DNA of 63,856 nt, the filler included, from Octopus bimaculoides (lineage: Eukaryota), in assembly GCF_001194135.2 (NCBI RefSeq). It is 8 parts of 8 records of this genome, joined end to end, with 100 filler letters (N's around TTAATTAATTAA, not from the genome) between each part and the next. Parts side by side here need not be neighbours in the genome. Positions count along the whole stretch, not along the records: positions 21,435 to 40,930 come from NC_068997.1; 7 more parts are not named here. One strand, given 5' to 3'. This document shows positions 22,946-33,629 of this stretch, piece after piece. The notes beneath the pieces are model-generated. The model worked only from the letters and a program-made list of their open reading frames with translations. It was not told the DNA's origin and did no database searches. The position numbers were made by a program, and so were the translations under genes. Each line of letters opens with the position of its first letter. Position 1 is the stretch's first letter.

Positions 22946-24440
22946 CGTTATTTTCAGCATTGGCTACAGTAAAGCGAAACCAAAAAACCACTCAGATTCA
23001 CCACTAGGATAAAGCTAAAGACCCCCTTCAGTCATGATATTAAGTGGTGGTGCTTGGGAAGATACGTGATCTAGAAGTCTCTCTAGGATGGAATCGGCTA
23101 AAATGGATTTCTAAAACACTAAATGTCATTTATAAAAAAAAGACAGTGATATAAATATTTATATACGATATTAGACATAACTCACTGATCCTTTTCTTAC
23201 CCTTCCTGATTTTGGACATGAGTTCGGTTTTTGGACAAGATTGTAAACTTGAGCAATGCAATTCATTTCACATTTGTCCAGCCTTCTTAGCTGAAAAATG
23301 AGTTCCAGTGCTGGAGCTGTCCCCTTTCCACCAAGTTATCACATGCTGGATGTTCTATTATGTCGTTGGCGGGAGGTTCAAGGAAGTGTCTGAGTTTGCT
23401 CGTGAATACAAGCTACGAAGACACAGTTATTTTCGAAGATGATGACCACAATTACTGATTACAGCAAGGAATGTCAGAGTGGAAGGCCCAGCACAATTTT
23501 GTCCCCCATTCATCCAATCCACTCGCCACTACAGGCGTATACACTCAAGTATATACACATACGTACTCGGACAAAATTACACATAACACACACATACACA
23601 CGTGCATGCAATACATACACATGAATGCACATACAAACACACCGCACGCGCACACCCGTGATAAATCCAAATTTGTGTTCTGTAATTCCTATAATGTCAT
23701 AGACCAAAAGACTGTCTGCTAAGCATCTCAAAATCTTAGCGAATAAAAGACGAATTGTGCTGATTAAAACTACTCAAAAAATATTAACGAAAAGAAAATC
23801 TGTACATAAGACTTCTTTTCTATAGATTTGAAATAAACCCAAATCTTCCTAAATATATATTTTTTAAAATATTTTTTTTTGTCTGCCGAAAATCTATTCC
23901 AATATACTTATCTACTTATATAAACTCCTTATATGTTCAAATCTACTTCTCATTTTTTTGTTAATATTTTCATTTCCTCTTATAATCTTTTTCCTATTTT
24001 AATGAATTCTGGTTGAATATAATATAATCGGTTAATATAATTATGAAATTCTTTGGAATACTTTGTTCCGATGAAGGCAGAGACTGCTGAAAAAAAAATG
24101 CTTGAAAATATTGAAGGATTAAACGCTCAAATCAAATTAAATGTTAAAAATAACTGTTGAGAAATAAACGTCTTTTTAATTGTTACACAAGGAGGGAACT
24201 TTCTAGCAAATTTTGTCTTCTTATGAAGAATATAGAATACACTTTAAAAAATGAAACTATATATATATATATATATATACACATGCATATACATATATGG
24301 GTGTGTGTGCGTGTTTGTGTGTTTGCGTGTGTCTATGTATGTTAGTGTCTGTGTTTGTTTATCTCCACATACATAGCAACTACATATAGCCGTGTAACGT
24401 TATTGGATATACAAATTTACAATTACATATTAGATACAGC

Positions 24441-24705
24441 AACCGTTCTGCCTGCAACACAAAGACCGAACTGCTGGCCAAGATCAAGGAGGTGTTTGAA
24501 GATTTCCCTGAAACAAACTAAGTAACGGACGCACCAGTTTCTGGAGTCGTCTTGAGGCCCTACTGGAAGCCGATGGTGGCTACTTTCAGTAATATATTCT
24601 ACTTGATAGTTTTTTTTTATTTGTTAAAATACTTTTGTTTTTGGATAGGATATTATGCTTTCTTTTCCTTTTATGCGAACTGTCAAATTTAGCCCGAACA
24701 TCCTG
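24441..24705 (+). mobile_element. DD37D/maT-type transposon 3' fragment with terminal TIR
   Basis: NRSACNTKTELLAKIKEVFEDF...SFWSRLEALLEADGGYFQ*; ends CCCGAACATCCTG|TA. Confidence 0.75.
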
Positions 24706-26049
24706 TACTACTTGTTTTAAACGTTGGCAGATAAACGTTTTAGCATTATTCTAAGGGTTATCTCTTTGAGGACAGCAACTATGAAACGCGTCAGTGGAAG
24801 GAGGATAGTCTTAAACTAAAACAGAGATATATCTTAAATTTACCTACATGTATATAAATACATACATATATACAAATACGCATTATATGCTTGTGTTATG
24901 TCTGTATCTACAAACACGCACGCACGCACACATGCACATGCACACATGCACATGTACACATGCACATGCACACATGCACATGCACACCAAAAAACACATA
25001 TATACATACACATATGTCTTGTCGTTCAATATGTTGTTCAAAGATAACAACCTCAGAAGAAGATTAATTGCGAGAGTATATGCAAGAAACGAGTTACGGA
25101 AATGATAAAGAAATTGAAAATGTACTATGTATAAGATGTGATTGAAGAAAATAAATATTCAGTGATGTTACTATAGTTAGTTATATGTAGGAAAAATATA
25201 CACTGAAGGAAATAATAGATACACAATTGTTCAGAAATACAATATGATGGGTCAAACAAAATTACTATGGAGAAAGGTCATACGTTTTACTGCTACAGTA
25301 GCGGAGTTATTGAGTTTAACTCCGTGAGAAAAGGGCCACTGAATGACCTTATGTTTTGGCTCTTTACCTGGTGTTATATCAAGCACCATTGTCTCAAATG
25401 TTACCTCTCGAGTAACCCGGTGAGTGTCAGAAAGATCTTGCGGCATGACTGCATTGCTCCGAAATACCCTGAATGAGCTTTTAGATATTTCCGGATTATC
25501 CTTAGAGGATTTCATGTAGCGCAATATGTAAACATTACAATATTTTCCGCGATACACAAATAACGTCTTCTGGTTACATTAATATACGGTCAGTCAGTAA
25601 AATAAATTACTCTGCCCAGCTAGTGCACTAAATGCATATACAAATATTTACGCAAGTACTGAGTTCTATGTCTATGTATATAAATAACAGTCTCCCGAAT
25701 TTTTTTTTTTTTCAAGCTGTATCTTCACAGCAAACATAGAAGGAAAATTATTCTACACGTCCTGGTGTACTTACATTATTTGTTTATATACATAGGGTAG
25801 CTACACACACTTAAGTACAAACACCACACACCCACACAAACGCGCGCACACACATACTTACACACTCTCACACGCGCAAACCCATAGTTGATATAAGATG
25901 TGCTAAACTTCTTTGTCCACTCATTTTGGTTATATACATATGTATGTATATATACAAGTATGTACATAAACATAATCGAACACAATCGCACACACACACA
26001 CACACACACATGTAGATATAGATACGTTTATTCTTGATCACAACTGCCC

Positions 26050-26618
26050 GGGGATCGGGAAGTTAAAAATTATCCGCACTTTCGCCATAACATCTTTATT
26101 ATTGTCAGACAGTCTTCTGCACATGCGTGCTTATAGTTGGTACTGTTGTGGTCACGCCATCGAAGTTTGAGCCTGATCACGCCATTTTTCTTTCTTGCTT
26201 TACAAGATAAACATGGCCGCACCACTAGCAATGTGCACCAAAGAAGAGCAAAGAGCAGTGTTCCGATTTCTCTGGTCGGAAGGTGGGTCAGGGACTGAAA
26301 TTCATCGGAAGCCTTTAACACAATACGGGGACAGTGTACGGCCACGTAGAAGTGTCTATGATTAGATCGCGAAGTTTAAAAGTGGCCGGGCAAGCGTGAC
26401 TCCCGAAGAAGGATCAGGGCGCCCGTCAACCTCCACCATCTACAAGAAGATTCAGGAAACAAGAGAGATGGTAGTGGTGAACCGGTTCACCATTACCATC
26501 TCTCGGATCACTGCTCTTTGTTCTTCTTTGGTGCACACTGCTGTGCTTACACTGTGACCACAGTAGTACCAACCATAAGCACGCATGCGTAGAATGCAGT
26601 CTGACAATAGTAAAGATA
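26050..26618. mobile_element. Mariner derivative made of two inverted 5' halves joined at a palindrome
   Basis: + strand MAAPLAMCTKEEQRAVFRFLWSEG...KFKSGRASV..EEGSGRPST; - strand CTKEEQRAVIR copy with the same 5' UTR at 26503-26618. Confidence 0.85.
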
Positions 26619-26791
26619 TGCTTCTGTGTGTGTTAGAATGCAATTATGGCTGTATGCATTAAATATTTATGCACTTCGGTGTATTTATGTTTCTATAAAT
26701 ATATGTTTGTAGGCGTCTGACTACATCTCTCTTAATACATACATGCATACATACATACATACATACATACATACATACATGCATTTACACG

Positions 26792-26827
<36 letters not shown>

Positions 26828-27625
26828 ATGTTAGAATATACATATGTATTTATGTGTATGTATATGTGCATATATGTATGTTTATATATACATATGCATG
26901 CATATANNNNNNNNNNNNNNNNNNNNNNNNNNNNNNNNNNNNNNNNNNNNNNNNNNNNNNNNNNNNNNNNNNNNNNNNNNNNNNNNNNNNNNNNNNNNNN
27001 NNNNNNNNNNNNNNNNNNNNNNNNNNNNNNNNNNNNNNNNNNNNNNNNNNNNNNNNNNNNNNNNNNNNNNNNNNNNNNNNNNNNNNNNNNNNNNNNNNNN
27101 NNNNNNNNNNNNNNNNNNNNNNNNNNNNNNNNNNNNNNNNNNNNNNNNNNNNNNNNNNNNNNNNNNNNNNNNNNNNNNNNNNNNNNNNNNNNNNNNNNNN
27201 NNNNNNNNNNNNNNNNNNNNNNNNNNNNNNNNNNNNNNNNNNNNNNNNNNNNNNNNNNNNNNNNNNNNNNNNNNNNNNNNNNNNNNNNNNNNNNNNNNNN
27301 NNNNNNNNNNNNNNNNNNNNNNNNNNNNNNNNNNNNNNNNNNNNNNNNNNNNNNNNNNNNNNNNNNNNNNNNNNNNNNNNNNNNNNNNNNNNNNNNNNNN
27401 NNNNNNNNNNNNNNNNNNNNNNNNNNNNNNNNNNNNNNNNNNNNNNNNNNNNNNNNNNNNNNNNNNNNNNNNNNNNNNNNNNNNNNNNNNNNNNNNNNNN
27501 NNNNNNNNNNNNNNNNNNNNNNNNNNNNNNNNNNNNNNNNNNNNNNNNNNNNNNNNNNNNNNNNNNNNNNNNNNNNNNNNNNNNNNNNNNNNNNNCATAC
27601 ATACATACATACATGCATTTACACG

Positions 27626-27662
<37 letters not shown>

Positions 27663-28019
27663 GTATGTATATATATATGTACACACAGATACACACACAT
27701 GCTCACACGCGCGCGCAATTACATACACACACACACACACACATATATATATGTATATAAATACACGTACACAGTGACATATACTTGCACATATATGTGT
27801 GTGTGCATGTATGTGTGTGTATGGCGCCTGTGTGTGTGTGTTTGTGCTTTTATGTGTCTGTGTGTCTGTGTGGTGAGAATTGATTAAAGCTTATGAAGAA
27901 ATGAGGAGAAAATGAAATGTTCGAAATCTGAAGAAATCTTTAAATATAAAAGAAAAAAAAATGAGAAGTAAACAGAAAAGATAAAAATTTAATTCCTGAA
28001 ATAGAATCGAAAACCAAAA

Positions 28020-28580
28020 TGAATATCAGAAACAACAACAAAATTAACAACATCAACTACAGTAGCAACATCAACAACAATTACAATTGCAACCTTCCTC
28101 CCCCCTCCACTGTCTCAACCACACCGTCACCCACACCGATTACACAATTTTCATCGCCAACACCTAAACTGTTATTTTACCATCTCCACCATCAAGACTC
28201 TCGCATCATCCAAATCACATCGTTATTCTCAGCCCACCATCATCTCCACATCTCCATCATTCTTGCTTCCTCTACCTGCCCAACCCTCATAACACTCCCA
28301 TTCTTTTCCCGCCATTCTCCTATACCAACTTTTTACACTATCTTCAAAACCGCCACCATCTTCGCAGGATATCATATTTCTCACTTTACCACTGTCGTCC
28401 CACCACCACCACCACCACCACTTCCACCACTACCACCACCACTATCATACTCACCACAACCTCAAACCCTTCCACACCACAACCCTCATCAGAACTACTA
28501 AACTACCATACCACTCCCATACATACCCATCGCATTTATTACTATAATCACCAGCACCATCGCCGCCACACCGTTCATAC
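28020..28580. repeat. Cryptic (CAA)/(CAC)/(CCA) low-complexity tract
   Basis: Degenerate triplet repeats; explains the N/T/P/H-rich ORF 28019-28501. Confidence 0.8.
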
Positions 28581-28799
28581 GAAATACATTTTAGAAGTTT
28601 TGAGATTTTTAGCAGAGGCAGTTAGTTATAACTGTCCTGGGTTACTGTAATTTTAGTATATCTTTACAATATATCTAATAAGCTAACATACCAACTAAAG
28701 TTATTCCAGATTGAAAGAGATGGTTGTAACAGCACTTTGAACACATCCTACTAAGCACTGCTTGTCAGAATTCCATCCTTGCAACCAACTATTTGATAG

Positions 28800-29030
28800 G
28801 GGTGGGCATCAAAACTTTTCTTCACCCTCCCTACAGTTTTGACTATATATTATGTGAATTTTGGTCGTCAAGCTCAAAAAGGAGATGAAGGAAGCTCTGA
28901 GTAGGGTCTTAGACATCTTCACTTTGGAGGACTTCCATTGAGGCCTTCATGAAATGGCTGGAGGTCTACAAACAAGCGCATTGATGTCAGTCGATCCTAT
29001 TTTGAGGTAGATTAGAGTGCTGTACACGTT
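28800..29030 (+). mobile_element. Mariner transposase 3' fragment, decayed
   Basis: GIKTFLHPPYS then EMKEALSRVLDIFTLEDFH..FMKWLEVY resemble HPPYSPDL...WxxRxxKCI. Confidence 0.6.
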
Positions 29031-29053
29031 TCTACTCTTATGATTATCTAAAA

Positions 29054-29493
29054 CAGTGGTTCTCAACCATGATTCATCCATAGATACCATTTCTTAGTAT
29101 TTTATTCTGGCGGACCCCCTTCGCCATTCGATGTTTAACAACTAGTTTTCCAGAAACTTCTTTCAAAATTCCTATTTTGTTTTTCACACATTAACTTGTA
29201 TAGGTTGAACTGTGTAAAATGTTTGAGAAAGAAACCCAGATGTTTCTTGCAATACATACCAATAATTACAACTAAAACAGGTTTTTTACCATGTTTTGTC
29301 TATGTATCCTTTTGGTTACTATATTATTCTGCACCAATACATGCATCTAAAGCACAATTCTTTCGAGAGCCCTTACAATACTCAAGTGAATACCAAATTT
29401 ACTATTTTGTTGCATGACCCCCCCCCCNNNNNNNNNNNNNNAATTCTTATATAGACCCTCAAGAACCATATAGATCCCGGTTGAGGGCCACTT
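29054..29493. mobile_element. hAT-type MITE with 8-bp TSD
   Basis: ATCTAAAA|CAGTGGTTCTCAACC ... GGTTGAGGGCCACTT|ATCTAAAA. Confidence 0.85.
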
Positions 29494-29769
29494 ATCTAAA
29501 ACAATACATCGTACTTGAACTAATGAGGTTCTAAGGTAATTTTACCCACTTATCTGCCGTAGGGTTTATTTCCCTAATTAAGCGAAAATTAAGAAGAAAA
29601 AAATGTACAGGTGGAGCAAATAAATATCAATAAGACTAATTAAGGTGTTGATTTTCATATTTGATTTGTTACTTAATAACAAGAATTATCCATTAGTAAA
29701 ATTTATATCACCACATCACTATTATTATATCACTGAAAATGCAAATTTTAGGTTTTACACGAATATAAT

Positions 29770-30115
29770 AGTTCGTAATTACGGTAATTAATAATTACAA
29801 TACAAGTACATAATTAACAATATGATAATTAATATTTACAATAACAAACATTTGCATAATGATCGCATAATTAAGTACGTAATTGCATAATTAATTACAT
29901 GAAAATTACGTGATTACATGATCGACAAATACAAAATGATGACATAATTAATATGCCCAAGCGCCTTTTAATTACATAATAATTGTGCATTAATTGTATC
30001 ATAATCGCACAATAATTACATGCATGGTAATTATATGATTAATAATAACATTAATTAATAATTATCCAGAGGGCAATTATCAGGATCAATTATACCTGGG
30101 CAATTGTCAAGAGCG
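29770..30115. repeat. TAATTA/ATAATT cryptically simple tract ending in GGGCAATT(A/G)TC repeats
   Basis: Dense recurrence of TAATTA-type hexamers; GGGCAATTATC and GGGCAATTGTC at about 30070-30110. Confidence 0.55.
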
Positions 30116-30664
30116 AGTAGTTGTGTGTGCGTTTGTTTGCGTATGTATGGAGTGTTGTTGCTGGGGAGGGGACACAGTTTTCCTGCAACTCATCAATACC
30201 ATCCCCTATATTCCATGATTACATTAGACCACCGTCACGCCGTCAATATGACACTACGAACATCATATGCAGCAACGTCGGTTCAATACCAGTACACCAA
30301 TAACAATACACCAGTATACCGATATCATCAGCGCTACATCATCTCATCATCACCATGTAAAAACCTGATTAATAAGCCCAGGGCTGATGTGAAATCTAGG
30401 TGTCATTTATATTGATAATCGACTCAGGCAAGATGAGAAATTTCGGGTCTATCTTAAACTGGTTATCGTATATCTTTGTAATCAATGCTGGATATATATA
30501 TATATTAAATATAAGCGTAATGGGGGTCTCCCTAAGACAAGAAGCTATCTTGTCGTTTCTTCCGTTTGCTCCCGAATGTTCGAGGAGCCGGTGCTGTTCC
30601 TTTCATGACCAGAAAACCTCCAAGGAACATGCTACTCTCTCTCCTTCTCTCTCACTCCCTCCCC

Positions 30665-30700
<36 letters not shown>

Positions 30701-31294
30701 TTTGTTCAGCGTCTGGCAATCGTCTTAGAGGCGCCCTGTGTCAAAAAACATTCACGCGCGCCTGACCCGGGCTATGATCATAAACATTAGAAGTAATGCA
30801 AATACAATGTTTTCTTGAAACAATTAATTTCTATAGAGATGAGGATTTAAATTCCAATCTATGAAAAGTTTCCGTTCTAAAATATTCTTAAAGGAACGAA
30901 AAATTACTTAGGAACTCGGGTTAATACGAACGAGCCTGATAGGTATAAAAGACTAACTAGCATCTCCTGTCAAGAGTACAGGCAACAGTCAGATCGCTGA
31001 TGTTTGTTGTGCACTCCTATCACCATCACACATAGATAGGAACAGATATATATCAAACTCATAGATCCAACTTCTTTGCTTGTTTTTTAAGTTTCTATTA
31101 TTTTTTCTCTGCACTGATGAATATTTTGATATTTACAAATTGTAAAATGAATTTATATCTTTGTACGAAACGGTTGTATGCATGAATAAACTTCTTACAA
31201 CATTTTAACATCTTATCTCTTCCCTTTTTGACAAATATGATTGGATTTGTAGAACTTCATTCCATTATAACGTCATACACTTAATATATATAGT

Positions 31295-31367
<73 letters not shown>

Positions 31368-31477
31368 NNNNNNNNNNNNNNNNNNNNNNNNNNNNNNNNN
31401 NNNNNNNNNNNNNNNNNNNNNNNNNNNNNNNNNNNNNNNNNNNNNNNNNNNNNNNNNNNNNNNNNNNNNNNNNNNNN

Positions 31478-31525
<48 letters not shown>

Positions 31526-31789
31526 TGTCTGTGTCTGTGTGTGTATGCATTTGGACCACGATAGATCGAGGAAGAAAATTTAATTATTTGATCAAGTGAA
31601 TCTACTTGCACCTGAACTAACGCGTAGGCGGCTGAATATTCCGCAGACATCTCAATTCTGAAAGTAATTCTAACGCAGAATAAGCATAAAGCAGGGTATG
31701 TGTGTGTCATAAAGTACCCTTTACCACGTGATTTAAAAGTACAAACTGCCAGGCGCACATCTAAACAGATTCCGTCGACCCAATTTCAT

Positions 31790-31882
31790 TCATAAGAAAG
31801 GAGCTGACTTTCAACCAAGATGCCAAGCTGTAGGATCGAGCCAAGGACTTTATGGTTGCGAGCGAACTACTTAATCATTCAT
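31790..31882 (-). mobile_element. SINE family A head, degenerate
   Basis: Revcomp TGATTAAGTAGTTCGCTCGCAACCATAAAGTCCTTGGCTCGATCCTACAGCTTGGCATCTTGG. Confidence 0.5.
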
Positions 31883-32074
31883 CCAAACCAGACAGACGAA
31901 CGCACATTCACATACATAAATAAACACATCATACATACGCGGACACCGCAATCAGGAAAGGCATCACCGCCGCCACAGTGAAGGATATGGTAAATAACAT
32001 AATAAACACCCAGTACATTATAACAATAACACTTAATGACAATGGGATAATAACACTGTAAAACAATACTGCAA

Positions 32075-32160
32075 CAATAATAATGTAATAATAATAATAA
32101 TAATGATGATGATGATGATGACGATGACGACGATGATGATGATGATGATGATGACAATCG
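32075..32160. repeat. Compound (AAT)n(GAT)n(GAC)n microsatellite
   Basis: Direct reading. Confidence 0.9.
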
Positions 32161-33231
32161 TTTCATTAATAATAATGACCAACCGCAAAAATGACAGCGA
32201 CAGAGTCTGAACAAAGTAAAAAACAGCGAAATAACAACTGTTAGAACAATAGTTGGGGAAAGTAAANNNNNNNNNNNNNNNNNNNNNNNNNNNNNNNNNN
32301 NNNNNNNNNNNNNNNNNNNNNNNNNNNNNNNNNNNNNNNNNNNNNNNNNNNNNNNNNNNNNNNNNNNNNNNNNNNNNNNNNNNNNNNNNNNNNNNNNNNN
32401 NNNNNNNNNNNNNNNNNNNNNNNNNNNNNNNNNNNNNNNNNNNNNNNNNNNNNNNNNNNNNNNNNNNNNNNNNNNNNNNNNNNNNNNNNNNNNNNNNNNN
32501 NNNNNNNNNNNNNNNNNNNNNNNNNNNNNNNNNNNNNNNNNNNNNNNNNNNNNNNNNNNNNNNNNNNNNNNNNNNNNNNNNNNNNNNNNNNNNNNNNNNN
32601 NNNNNNNNNNNNNNNNNNNNNNNNNNNNNNNNNNNNNNNNNNNNNNNNNNNNNNNNNNNNNNNNNNNNNNNNNNNNNNNNNNNNNNNNNNNNNNNNNTAT
32701 ATATATATATATATATGCATATATATATATATACATACAGATAGATAGATATAGTTATAAATACATATGCATATACATATACAGACATAAGCATTTATAT
32801 GTATATACGTTCGAATATACCCATACATAGGTATACATGTCTGTGTGTGTATGTCTGTTTGTATACATATATGTATATATGTGTGTGTATGTGTACACAT
32901 GTGTGTATGTGTACATATGTATGTGTATATATATATATGTATATATACATATATAGTCAAATCAAATAAACAAATAATATCAACAATAACAAACAATAAG
33001 AGGACGTGCACAAGGAAGGTAATGTATTATTTCCACACACACACACGCGCGCGCGCATATACGTGCATATATATATATAATTTTATTGATCATGACTGCA
33101 AAATTTCACCATTTTTTTGTCTTGACTGACGGAAGCTAGTACTCACGAATCTTCGAAGTCACTCTCGTTCAAACTAGTAAAAAGATCTGAGACTGCACTT
33201 GTAGTGCGAGTTCGCTTAATTACTTAACAAT

Positions 33232-33395
33232 GTTGTGGCTGTGTGGTAAGAAGCCCGCTTCTCAACCACATGGTTCCGGGTTCAGCCCCACTGCGTGTTG
33301 ACTTGGGTAACTGTCTTCTACTATATCCTCGGGCCGACAAAAGTCTCGTTAGTGGATTTGGTAGTGTATTTAGAAGACGGAAACTGAAAGATCAT
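33232..33395 (+). mobile_element. SINE family A head followed by (TA)n, body missing
   Basis: GTGGCTGTGTGGTAAG...GGTTCAGCCCCACTGCG...GACGGAAACTGAAAG. Confidence 0.85.
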
Positions 33396-33629
33396 GTGTG
33401 TATGTATATATATATATATGTTTATATATATATGTATGTGTGTATATATGCATATATATATTATTTATATTATTATTTAATTGAACGCCAAATAGGTTGA
33501 TCTTAACCTTTTTGATGCGATTCTACTCTATACTGTTTTCTCTCCCATCCTTCTCTAATTCCCTGTTTCTCCCCTTCACCGCTTTCTATCTTTCTCTCTT
33601 TCGCCCTTCCCTCTTTCTATTTTTCTCTC

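Noticed and set aside
23240-23460. Possible mariner 3' remnant (FLAEK.VPVLE)
   Set aside because: Too decayed to support
28019-28501. 160-aa Asn/Pro/His-rich ORF
   Set aside because: Cryptic triplet repeat
30690-31030. CpG patch and TATAAAAG as a promoter or LTR
   Set aside because: No second LTR, PBS or downstream gene
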